Source: Chloroflexota bacterium (GTDB lineage: Bacteria; Chloroflexota; UBA11872; VXOZ01). From it: a stretch of 64,000 bases of DNA. This document shows, piece by piece, positions 46,111-54,661 of the stretch. Under the pieces are notes generated by a model. The model was not told the DNA's origin. It searched no databases and saw only the letters and a program-made list of their open reading frames with translations. The stretch spans positions 802,877-866,876 of the forward strand of contig CAXXVD010000002.1 of assembly GCA_963662335.2 (NCBI GenBank), given 5' to 3'. A program made the translations under genes and the position numbers. Numbering within the stretch: position 1 is the stretch's first letter; each line of letters opens with the position of its first letter.

Positions 46111-47136
46111 CTACCATGACGTGAGGTCGGCGTAGAGACTTGGCGGGATGTGCACGACTGTGCCGCTGCGGGAGGATTCTTCGCAGGCCAGAGCGACGGC
46201 GACGATGTAGCGGCCCCACTTGCCGTCTACGGGGGGCGTCGTGCCGGTATCGATGGCGCGCACCAGGCCGGACAACTCCAGCGCAAAGGCGCCGGCAAAG
46301 TCGCCGCCCTCGGCAAGCGGCTGCGCGACGTATTGCGTGCCTTCGCTGAGCCAGAGGCGGTCGTCGCGGGTAGCGGCGCGCACGCTTGCCTTTGTGCCGA
46401 TGATCTCCACCTCGTTGCGTTCCGGGCCTGCCTGGGGATAGCCGGTGTGGTGCACGGTGGCGTGGACGCCGTTGGCGAAGTCGAGCCACGCCAGGCCGGT
46501 GTCGTCGCTGTTCTGGCCCACCATGGGGTTGCTCACCCAGGCGCGCACGGCCGTAATCGGGCTGCCGATGAGCCAGGTGAGGCGGTCGAGCATGTGGACG
46601 CCGTTCATGTACCACATGCCGCCGCCGCCTTTGGCGCGGTCCAGGAACCAGGGCGGGCGGCTGGCCAGGTCGAACGTGCGGTACCAGGTGTCGGTGGCAA
46701 AGACGACGTCGCCCAGCGCGCCGTCCTGGATGAGCCGCTTGGCCGCCAGACTCGCCGGCAGGAAGTGCTCGGTGTGCGCCACCAGCAGCTTGACGCCGGC
46801 CGCTGCCGCCGCGCTGATGATGGCGTCGCAGTCGGCCAGGGTCATGGCCATGGGTTTTTCCAGGAAGACGTGCTTGCCCGCCGCGCACGCCGCCAGGGTG
46901 ACGTCCGTATGCAGGAAGTGCGGCAAGCCGATCATGACGACGTCCACCTGCGGGTCCGCCAGCAGGTCGGCGTGGCCGGCATAGGCCGCGCAGGAGTGCG
47001 CGCGCGTAAACTGCTCGCGCCGCTGTGCATCCGGCTCCGCGATTGCCGCCAGCCGCGTCTCGGGCACGGCGGCGATCGCCTGCGCATGCCCGCCGCTCAC
47101 CCGGCTCGCGCCGATGATGCCTACGCCGTATGTCAT
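46111..47136 (-). CDS. Gfo/Idh/MocA family oxidoreductase
   Basis: GIIGAS, LLADPQVD, PHFLH, GKHVFLEKPMA, GGGMWYMNGVH. Confidence 0.9.
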   Translation of the reverse strand: MTYGVGIIGASRVSGGHAQAIAAVPETRLAAIAEPDAQRREQFTRAHSCAAYAGHADLLADPQVDVVMIGLPHFLHTDVTLAACAAGKHVFLEKPMAMTLADCDAIISAAAAAGVKLLVAHTEHFLPASLAAKRLIQDGALGDVVFATDTWYRTFDLASRPPWFLDRAKGGGGMWYMNGVHMLDRLTWLIGSPITAVRAWVSNPMVGQNSDDTGLAWLDFANGVHATVHHTGYPQAGPERNEVEIIGTKASVRAATRDDRLWLSEGTQYVAQPLAEGGDFAGAFALELSGLVRAIDTGTTPPVDGKWGRYIVAVALACEESSRSGTVVHIPPSLYADLTSW

Positions 47137-47674
47137 GGTTGCCGCTCCCGGATAGCTATCTGCATTGCGCGCTAACGCGCTCGCCGCTGAAGCTGGCAGC
47201 GCGTACGTTTCAGGTTGATTATTGCAGGTTTTGCGAATTGCCGTTCGTGGTGAGCTTGTCGAACCATGGACGGCTTGGACGATAGTACCGCATTTCCGTT
47301 CGCCCTTCGACGAGGCTCAGGGCGAACGGAAGCGTGGATTACGCACTCGGGGCGGAGGGAAGCGCGCATTAACTGCTTGCGGTGAACGGATGAGTGCACT
47401 GTAGCGCGGGGGCTTGTCCCCCGCCTCCAGGAATGGTTGGAGCACTGTAGCGGCGAGGTCTTTGACGTCCGATGAAGTGAATTGATCGCGGCGCAGATTC
47501 CTCGCTGCGCTCGGAATGACTTGCTCGTGGTGGTTGCGGCCGGGCCTGCCGGCGCAGAGGCGGGGGCGTACCGGCACAGAGGCGGGGGACAAGCCCCCGC
47601 GCTACGTGGGACTTACTGCTGCGCTCGGAATGCTATTATCTTAATGAGATAGGTATGTAAAGACTGGAAAAGCA

Positions 47675-47712
47675 GAAGAGGCCGGTTCCCGGGCGCGGGA
47701 ACCGGCCTCTTC
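47675..47712 (-). terminator. Intrinsic terminator of the yeeE-tusA unit
   Basis: 16-bp stem GAAGAGGCCGGTTCCC/GGGAACCGGCCTCTTC, followed by a T-rich tract on the minus strand. Confidence 0.75.
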
Positions 47713-47754
47713 GCAATCTCACGGCACGAAGGTCTATTTCGACGCCACGCGCCG

Positions 47755-48042
47755 CTATTCCGACACGTTCAGCGCCGCGAGTTGCTGCTGCAAGTTGGCG
47801 ATTAACTCCTGCGGCTTGGCGGCCTGCTCGGACTTCCGCAAGGTCAGCCGCCATTCCGAGTCGGCTGCGGCCTCGATGGTCGTCTCGTAGCCGTCCTTGG
47901 CGGCTTGCCACGGGATCGTGCCCAGAGCCGGGGCATGGTCGGTGAGCACCTCCAGGGTTTCGTCGCCGTCCAGCTTCTCGATGGCCTCAGCGGTCTTCAT
48001 CATGGGATAGGGGCAGATTTCGCCCCGCACGTCGATTTTCAT
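47755..48042 (-). CDS. TusA/YedF (SirA-like) sulfurtransferase
   Basis: IDVRGEICPYP motif, LEVLTDH. Confidence 0.9.
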   Translation of the reverse strand: MKIDVRGEICPYPMMKTAEAIEKLDGDETLEVLTDHAPALGTIPWQAAKDGYETTIEAAADSEWRLTLRKSEQAAKPQELIANLQQQLAALNVSE

Positions 48043-48163
48043 GGTCTATCGCTCCTCTTGCTTGTGACTCCACACTTCCAGGCGATTCAAGCAGTCTCTC
48101 AATTTGCTCCATCCTACCACACCGGCCCCTCACCCCAGGTAGAGGGGGGCAAAGAGGCGCGCG

Positions 48164-49420
48164 TCACGCGATGCGCTTGATGACGCGCACGCCCAGGTAC
48201 GCGCCCGGCAGCAGCGAGAGGCCGAAGATCCAGCCGTTCAGTCCCAGCGACGGGATGGCCGAGAAGAACGCGCCAATGGTGCAGCCAATGGCGATGCCCG
48301 CGCCGTAGCCCATGAAGACGCCGCCGATTGCCGACTGCGCGTAGCGCCGTTTGAGCTGCGGCAGCCGCACCTTGAACTCGTTGGCCAGCAGCGCCGCGGC
48401 CATGGCCCCGATGATGAGGCCGGCGTCCAGCAGCAAGCCCTCGCTGTTCCACCACGCGCCGCTGGCGACTGCCAGGTTACACCCGGCCAGGCCGTCCACG
48501 CCGAGCAAGGCCGGCGCCTGGATGCGCAAGAGGCCGCTGGCGATGCGGTCCGACCACACCGAGAGTTCGCCGGTCACGCCCAACGGACGGGCGTAGACGT
48601 AGATGAAGACGTTGACCACCGCCAGCGCCAGCGCGCCGACCGCCAGCGGCCAGCCTTTCACGAAGACCGTGCCGTAGACCTCCCGCAGTTTGTCGCCCAG
48701 GCCAAACGCGGGCGCCTGCGCCTGCCCGCCCAGCGCGAAGTTCGGCATGGGGCCGGCGCGGTACTCCCACCAGTAGCTCAGCAGCACGATAGCGGCCAGC
48801 GCCAGCAGCGTCAGCGCCACCGCGCCGCCGTAGCCCAGCCATTGGGGCAGAAAGACCGTCGGCATGTCTTTGATGTGGTTCGTCCACCACCAGTTCCAGG
48901 TGAGCGTTGACAAATAGAGGCCGAACAGGATGCCGCCCAGCGAGGCCCAGGAGGCGACGTAACCCTCGCCGATGCGGTACATGGTGCCGGAAACACAGCC
49001 CCCGGCAATCACCATGCCGAAGCCAAAGGCCACGCCGCCCACCACCAGGTGGAGGCCAATGGGAATTACGTGCGCGGCGGCGGGCAAGGCGCCGTGCGAC
49101 GGCTCCGGCACCATCATCTGCATGACCAACCAGAAGCCGACGGTGGCCACGCCGATGCCCAACGCGATCGCGCGCATGGCGCTCGTGCCGCCGGTGAGGA
49201 AGATTTCGCGGAACCCGGAGGCAAAGCACAACCGGCTGCGCTGCAAGATGACGCCAAACGCCAGGCCAAAGAGCCACATCACGGCCAACGCGGCGTTCAC
49301 GACCGCCAGATACGCCAGAAAAAGGAGCACCGCCGCGACCACGCCGACGCGCATGGCCACGCGCGCCGTTACAAGACTCCCGGTTCCGGCGGTTTTCCGT
49401 GCTTCAACGTTTGTGCTCAT
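48164..49420 (-). CDS. YeeE/YedE thiosulfate (sulfur) transporter
   Basis: QRSRLCFASG, FGFGMVIAGGCVSG, GGVFMGYGA..A.GCTIG. Confidence 0.9.
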   Translation of the reverse strand: MSTNVEARKTAGTGSLVTARVAMRVGVVAAVLLFLAYLAVVNAALAVMWLFGLAFGVILQRSRLCFASGFREIFLTGGTSAMRAIALGIGVATVGFWLVMQMMVPEPSHGALPAAAHVIPIGLHLVVGGVAFGFGMVIAGGCVSGTMYRIGEGYVASWASLGGILFGLYLSTLTWNWWWTNHIKDMPTVFLPQWLGYGGAVALTLLALAAIVLLSYWWEYRAGPMPNFALGGQAQAPAFGLGDKLREVYGTVFVKGWPLAVGALALAVVNVFIYVYARPLGVTGELSVWSDRIASGLLRIQAPALLGVDGLAGCNLAVASGAWWNSEGLLLDAGLIIGAMAAALLANEFKVRLPQLKRRYAQSAIGGVFMGYGAGIAIGCTIGAFFSAIPSLGLNGWIFGLSLLPGAYLGVRVIKRIA

Positions 49421-49500
49421 CGCGGCTCGCTCGCGTTCATCATGCTGCTAATCGTAAGGGCGCAGTCTCGCCTACACCCGATTCTCCCGCTCTCCATACT

Positions 49501-49529
49501 ATTATGACTTAGTTGGTTTAATTTATCAA
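49501..49529 (-). promoter_or_regulatory. Sigma70-type promoter of yeeE-tusA with AACTAAGT half-site in the spacer
   Basis: Minus strand TTGATA-N17-CATAAT; spacer AATTAAACC-AACTAAGT. Confidence 0.6.
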
Positions 49530-49956
49530 GTTTCTCGTTCTTCGCGTTTCGATGCAGTAGAGTTGGTTCAAGAGGTCCGTCTGTCAGGGCCGTCGCATAG
49601 GATGCCTTTACTCTGAGTGTCTCTACGCTGAGTGTCGTTGTGCTTACACTCAGTGTCATTCTGAGCGCAGCGAAGAATCTAGAGCGCCTGGCACATAGTG
49701 CCCTCGTAGGGAAGCACTCTAGATTCCGCGAACAGGGTTCGACACTCCGCTACGCTCCGTTCGGAATGACAAGGAAGCCGTCCCTGCCTTGTGCCTGACA
49801 CGGGGACAACGAAACGGGCAAGCCTATGGGGTTCAACGCGTTTACAGTGAATTGACGGGCAGCGTAGAATTGGTGGGTAGCGTAGGTTCGTAGCCTGCGC
49901 CGTCCGGCCGGGCAATACCGTATCGCTCCCCAGGATCTTTCTTCCAAGGAGATGCC

Positions 49957-50661
49957 ATGCCGCGTTGGTCCGCAGTGCCGCCGGCGCTCTGCCTCGTGCT
50001 CTTTCCGCTGAGTTTCTTGTTGCTGAGCAACACGGGTCTGCATCCCGGCTACGCCGGGACCGCGGCCGAACAGATTCAAGGGCTGGCGGCGGACGCGGCG
50101 CGCTGGCGTTGGGTGCATCTGGGCCTGGCCGGGGGCAGCCTGCTCGGCTTCGGCGCGCTTCTCACGCTGCGGTCATTGCTGCCGGGACCCCGCATTGCCG
50201 CGCACGCCGCCGCGGCCATCGGTGTCGCCGGCGCCGCGCTGCTGACGGGAATCTTCACGCTGGAGGCCACGCTGATCCCGGCGCTGGCTCAGGCGTGCGT
50301 GGAGGCCGCCGCCTCGTGCCTGGCGCCGGCAAACCAGGAGTTTCTGGAGCGTTTTGCCGACCTGGCGCTCAACCGCGTGCCGTTCTTGTTCCAAAGCGGC
50401 GGCGCGTTGCTGGCGTCCCTCTTTGCGCTGGCCGCCATGGGGTGGCGCGCAAAAACGCTGGCGCGCCGGGAAGCGCTGCCGCTGCTCGCCGGCGCGGCGC
50501 TCGTCTTCCTCTACGGCCCCGCGCTGCACGGCGTGCCGCTGGGGCTGCCCTTCATTGGGTTTCTCATCATGCTCGGCGGTTCCGCCGCGCTCGCGGTCAG
50601 GCTCATGCGCGCGCCGCCGCAAGCGGTGACGGCGGACGGCGCGGCAGGGAAGAGCCATTGA
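49957..50661 (+). CDS. Hypothetical multi-pass membrane protein (DUF4386-like)
   Basis: About six hydrophobic segments, LHP..., RWRWVHL. SD AAGGAG. Confidence 0.6.
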   Translation: MPRWSAVPPALCLVLFPLSFLLLSNTGLHPGYAGTAAEQIQGLAADAARWRWVHLGLAGGSLLGFGALLTLRSLLPGPRIAAHAAAAIGVAGAALLTGIFTLEATLIPALAQACVEAAASCLAPANQEFLERFADLALNRVPFLFQSGGALLASLFALAAMGWRAKTLARREALPLLAGAALVFLYGPALHGVPLGLPFIGFLIMLGGSAALAVRLMRAPPQAVTADGAAGKSH

Positions 50662-50805
50662 GCGCGGGACTGGCCGCTGGTACAATAGATGCAGTCAGTC
50701 TTTGCCGGACGTTACGCGCTTGCGGGCGGCTTGCCGCCGCGAGTATCGCCGCCTCGGGCCCAACCAGACCCGCGCGCGGCGAAGGCGTGACTATGGTCGC
50801 GGCAA

Positions 50806-50882
50806 CGGGGTGTGGCGCAGCCTGGTAGCGCGCTTGAATGGGGTTCAAGAGGTCCCCGGTTCAAATCCGGGCACCCCGACCA
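50806..50882 (+). tRNA. tRNA-Pro(GGG)
   Basis: CGGGGTG acceptor stem, D-arm GCGC-AGCCTGGTA-GCGC, anticodon arm CTTGA-ATGGGGT-TCAAG, T-loop GGTTCAAATCC, encoded CCA. Confidence 0.97.
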
Positions 50883-50929
50883 GCGAAGAGTCCGCTATTC
50901 TGACCGCTCGTTCTCCCGCTCGCGGCGCC

Positions 50930-51775
50930 TCACACCGTTTGCAGCGGGGTGATCGTATGGCCGGCCAGCGTTTCGTTGAGCGAACCGGAGCGGTAGCCCT
51001 GCATGTCCAGGGCCACGTACTTGAAGCCGATTTCCTTGAGCGCCGCGACCGCGTGGGTGTGGGCGTCGTTCTCGAAGAGTCTCGGCAAATCTTCCGGCGG
51101 GGCTTCGACGCGGGCAATGTCGCCGTGGTGGCGCACCCGCACCAGGCGGAAGCCCAACTTGTGCAAGAAGTGCTCGGCCTGGTCCACCTGGCGCAGCTTT
51201 TCCAGTGTGACCCGGCTGCCGTAGGGAATGCGCGAGGCCAGGCACGCGCCGCCGGGCTTATTCCACGTCGGCAGCCCCAGTTCCTTGGATAGCTGCCGGA
51301 TCTCGTGCTTCTGTAGCTCAGCTTCCACCAGCGGCGCGCGGGCGTCGAGGAGCGCCGCCGCCTCCATGCCCGGCCGGTGATCGCCGAGATCATCCATGAT
51401 GCCGCCGTAGATGATGGTGTCGAACTCTTCCGCCTGGGCAATGAGTTGCATTTCGCTGAAAAGTTCCTTCTTGCAGTGGAAGCAGCGGTCGGGATTGTTG
51501 ACGGCGTATTCTTCTTTCTCAAGCTCGTGGGTCTCGATCAGGCGGTGCTCGATGCCAATGGCCGCGGCGAGTTCCTTGGCTTCCTCGAGTTCCGTTGCCG
51601 GATAGGTCGGCGAGAGCGCCGTTAACGCCACCGCGTCGCGGCCCAGCGTATTGTGGGCCACCTTGGCCAGAAACGTGCTGTCCACGCCGCCGGAAAAGGC
51701 TATGAGCGTCCGCCCCATGCCGCCGATAAGCTGGGTGAGGGTCTCGTATTTGTCCGTTAGTGCCGCAGTAGCCAT
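50930..51775 (-). CDS. larE: ATP-dependent sulfur transferase LarE (PP-loop)
   Basis: AFSGGVDS, NNPDRCFHCK, DDLGDHRPG, ACLASRIPYG, VRVRHH, GYRSGSLN. Confidence 0.93.
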   Translation of the reverse strand: MATAALTDKYETLTQLIGGMGRTLIAFSGGVDSTFLAKVAHNTLGRDAVALTALSPTYPATELEEAKELAAAIGIEHRLIETHELEKEEYAVNNPDRCFHCKKELFSEMQLIAQAEEFDTIIYGGIMDDLGDHRPGMEAAALLDARAPLVEAELQKHEIRQLSKELGLPTWNKPGGACLASRIPYGSRVTLEKLRQVDQAEHFLHKLGFRLVRVRHHGDIARVEAPPEDLPRLFENDAHTHAVAALKEIGFKYVALDMQGYRSGSLNETLAGHTITPLQTV

Positions 51776-51805
51776 CAGTCAAGCCTCCTAGGGCCTTCTA
51801 TTCTC

Positions 51806-52366
51806 TCAGTTTTCCTGGAAAATCTCAGCCGGGTCTATAGAAAAGCCGCCCAGCGTGGGTGAGGTCAGATTATCCCCGGGGCCGTAGACGCCCGCGACTT
51901 CAAAGCCGCGTTCCGCCAGCAACAGCACGTTTATGATTATCGCATCCGGGTCAACCAGCCAGTACTCTTTCACGCCGTGCGTGGCGTAGAGTTCCCGCTT
52001 GAAGGTCCGGTCGAGCGCGGCGGTTGACGGCGAGAGGATTTCGACCACCACGTCCGGCGCGCCCCAGACGTTGGCGCCGTTGCTCAATAGGTGCTCACGA
52101 TCGCGGGCAACGAAGAGCAAGTCGGGTTGGACGACGTCGGTCTCCGAAAGCACCACGTCGCAGGGCGCGGCGAAGATCTTTCCCAGGCCCCTCTCCTTCA
52201 CAAAGAGGTTGAGCAGCGTGCCAAGTTGCATGGCGACATCTTGGTGGGAGAGACGCGGCGCCGGCGTCATTACCAACTCACCGTCCAGCAGCTCGTAGCG
52301 CTCATCGTCCGGCGTCTCCCGATAGTCGTCGTACGTCAGTTTGACCGCGGGCGTGGAACGAGCCAT
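51806..52366 (-). CDS. Uma2 (DUF820) family endonuclease
   Basis: YELLDGEL..PAP...HQ, VQPDLLFV, APDVVVEILSPST, GVKEYWLVDP. Confidence 0.92.
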   Translation of the reverse strand: MARSTPAVKLTYDDYRETPDDERYELLDGELVMTPAPRLSHQDVAMQLGTLLNLFVKERGLGKIFAAPCDVVLSETDVVQPDLLFVARDREHLLSNGANVWGAPDVVVEILSPSTAALDRTFKRELYATHGVKEYWLVDPDAIIINVLLLAERGFEVAGVYGPGDNLTSPTLGGFSIDPAEIFQEN

Positions 52367-52485
52367 GTCTGCCCTCCTGTTTCGCTAGCGCGGGCGCGCG
52401 GACTGCGAGAACTGCCCCGGTTGTCGCCGACGCGCTCCACCGCCATTGTACGCGAAACGACGCCCGGCGGCAGCGGGCCGGTCTA

Positions 52486-52932
52486 TCACTGCGCGTCCGG
52501 CGCGATGCGCAGCGGCGTTTCAGCGATCTCGCCTTGCCGGATTGTGTACGCGCGCACGTCCGGCTGCGCCGGGTCCGCCAGCGAGATGATCACGTGCGCC
52601 GCGCCCGGGTACCGCTCCGCCAACTCGCCGTTGCCCAGGTCGAACTCGGCTTCGGCCACGTCCGTAGCCGAGGGATAGGCGCGCGAGGCCACGTGGGAGT
52701 GGAAGATGCCGACGATCTGCCAGCCGCGCTCGTACTCCACCGTGCGCACGATGCGCAGCAGATCTTCCGGATGAATGGTGAACCGAATCGGGCTGGCGGC
52801 GGCGTTCCGCGCCGGAAAGACCGCGAGAACCGTACCGTCCGTGCCGCCCAACATGCCACAGCCCTCGTTGGGCGCTGCCGCGCGCACGTGGGCGATCATC
52901 TCTGCGACTTGCGCCGGCGTTATCCGCAGCAT
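52486..52932 (-). CDS. JAB/MPN+ (Mec-like, M67) metallopeptidase
   Basis: PNEGCG...FHSHVASRAYPSATD, matching E...HxH x7 S xx D. Confidence 0.92.
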   Translation of the reverse strand: MLRITPAQVAEMIAHVRAAAPNEGCGMLGGTDGTVLAVFPARNAAASPIRFTIHPEDLLRIVRTVEYERGWQIVGIFHSHVASRAYPSATDVAEAEFDLGNGELAERYPGAAHVIISLADPAQPDVRAYTIRQGEIAETPLRIAPDAQ

Positions 52933-52948
52933 GGGCCACCAATCTGGG

Positions 52949-53803
52949 CTAACCGGAAGCCACGTCCACCGTGCGTTCCACGGCCGGCATACCGCAGAAG
53001 GCCTCGTAGTCGATCAGCTCGGTAATCGTCGGATTGTCCCCGCAGACCGGGCAGGCGGGATCGCGGCGCAGCTTGACCTCGTGGAAGCTCAGCGCCAGCG
53101 CGTCGAAGAGCAGCAGGCGGTTGGTCAGCGTATCGCCGATGCCCAGGACCAGCTTGGCGGTCTCCACGGCCTGGATAGACCCCACGATACCGGGCAAGAC
53201 GCCCAGCACGCCCGCCTCCGAGCAAGACGGCGCCATTTCCGGCGGCGGCGGTTCGGGATAGAGGCAGCGGTAGCAGCCCTTGCCCGGCTCGAAGACCGTC
53301 GCCTGGCCTTCGAAGCGGAAGATGCTGCCGTGCACCACCGGCTTGTTCAAGAAGAGCGCCGCGTCGTTCACCAGGTAGCGCGTGGGAAAGTTGTCCGTGC
53401 CGTCCACGATCACGTCGTAGTCGGCAAAGACCTCCATCACGTTGTCGGAGTTCAGGTGGTCGGTGTGCGCCACCACGTTCACGTCCGGGTTCACCTCGCG
53501 CAGGCGGTCTTGGGCGGAGGCCACCTTGGGACGGCCCACGTCCGAGTGGCCGTGCAGAATCTGGCGCTGGAGGTTGCTCAGGTCAACCTCGTCGAAGTCC
53601 ACGATGCCCAGCGTCCCCACCCCGGCCGCAGCCAGGTAGAGCGCGGCCGGCGAGCCCAATCCGCCCGCGCCCAGCAGCAGGACCTTGGCGTTGATCAGCT
53701 TGCGCTGTCCCAGCGGGCCGACTTCGGACAAGATGATGTGCCGGCTGTAGCGCTGCACTTGTTCGGGTGTGAAGAGACTGCGCCGCTTGGCGACGGTACT
53801 CAT
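52949..53803 (-). CDS. moeB: MoeB/ThiF E1-like sulfur-carrier adenylyltransferase (no rhodanese domain)
   Basis: RYSRHI, GAGGLGSP, SNLQRQ, DGTDNF, CYRC, SCSEAGVLG, CPVCG. Confidence 0.9.
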   Translation of the reverse strand: MSTVAKRRSLFTPEQVQRYSRHIILSEVGPLGQRKLINAKVLLLGAGGLGSPAALYLAAAGVGTLGIVDFDEVDLSNLQRQILHGHSDVGRPKVASAQDRLREVNPDVNVVAHTDHLNSDNVMEVFADYDVIVDGTDNFPTRYLVNDAALFLNKPVVHGSIFRFEGQATVFEPGKGCYRCLYPEPPPPEMAPSCSEAGVLGVLPGIVGSIQAVETAKLVLGIGDTLTNRLLLFDALALSFHEVKLRRDPACPVCGDNPTITELIDYEAFCGMPAVERTVDVASG

Positions 53804-53871
53804 GCGTTCCTCCTCGATCCATCAGTGTCAGTAGAACTCATCCCATGCGTACGTTGCTCTACGCAAACTCA

Positions 53872-53896
53872 CCCTTCGACAGGCTCAGGGCGAACG
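53872..53896. repeat. REP family E (CCCTTCGACAGGCTCAGGGCGAACGG), representative copy
   Basis: Copies at ~5790, 41875, 47245, 47305, 53984, 57795, 57875, 60843, 60910 and 61162. Confidence 0.8.
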
Positions 53897-54017
53897 GAAA
53901 AGAGGAACCCGTGCGCGCCCCTGCCAAGGCCGTTCTTCCGTTCACGCCGAGGCCCTTCTCCGTTCACGTAGAGGCTGTTCCTCCGTTCGCGCTGAGCTTG
54001 TCGAAGCGCCCGCCGCG

Positions 54018-54455
54018 TCAAATATAGTATACGACGCGTTCCTGCTGTTCTTTCTCACGCGCCGCCAAATCGGCGATGGTATAGCGGGTCATGATAGACT
54101 GCACCGCCGTTTGGATTTCTTGCCAGACCTCCCGCTGCCCGCAGCCCGGCGTCAAGGCGCAGAACGCGGCGTTGTCCAAACACTCCACCGGCGTGAACGA
54201 CCCTTCCAAGGTGGACACGACCAATTCCATTGTGATCTGATCCGGGGAACGCGCCAATTCGTGCCCGCCGTGCGGCCCGCGCGTGCTGCGCACGATGCCG
54301 GCCTTGCGCAGCGCCGTGAGAAGTTGGTCCAGGTAGGCCTCCGGTATGTGCTGCCGCCGCGCGATCTCCGCGCTCTGCACCAGGCCCTGGCCGTAGCGGT
54401 GCGCCAAGTCGACCACGGCGCGCACCGCGTAGTCCGCTTTCATCGAAATACGCAT
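54018..54455 (-). CDS. Rrf2 family transcriptional regulator (CymR/IscR-like, three Cys)
   Basis: YAVRAVVDLA, IARRQHIPEAYLDQLL..LRKAGIV.STRG..GG..LAR; C-x5-C-x5-C. Confidence 0.93.
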   Translation of the reverse strand: MRISMKADYAVRAVVDLAHRYGQGLVQSAEIARRQHIPEAYLDQLLTALRKAGIVRSTRGPHGGHELARSPDQITMELVVSTLEGSFTPVECLDNAAFCALTPGCGQREVWQEIQTAVQSIMTRYTIADLAAREKEQQERVVYYI

Positions 54456-54490
54456 GGCTCTGCTTCCCTGATAGTTCGGCGCTTATTGTA

Positions 54491-54540
54491 AACTAAGTAA
54501 CTTAGTTATCATTATACGCGCCCCGCCTCCGGTTGCGCAA
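54491..54540 (-). promoter_or_regulatory. rrf2 promoter (TTGCGC-N18-TATAAT) with perfect 8-1-8 palindromic operator just downstream of -10
   Basis: AACTAAGT-A-ACTTAGTT at 54491-54507; -10 at 54511-54516; -35 at 54535-54540. Confidence 0.7.
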
Positions 54541-54661
54541 GAGGGAAGCCAGTGTGTTCGCCCGCAGTTGCGCACAGACCCCCGGCGGGAGCGGCGCGCA
54601 GCAGCACGGCCGGCCGGGCAACTGCCGGCCGCGTCTCAGCCCCGCTGCCCCGGGATTGCCC

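Noticed and set aside
47755-49420. Selenoprotein recoding in yedE/yedF-like genes
   Set aside because: All motif positions are ordinary Cys codons with no in-frame TGA, and there is no selD nearby.
50806-50930. tRNA-Pro as an integration site
   Set aside because: No duplicated tRNA 3' end and no integrase in the window.
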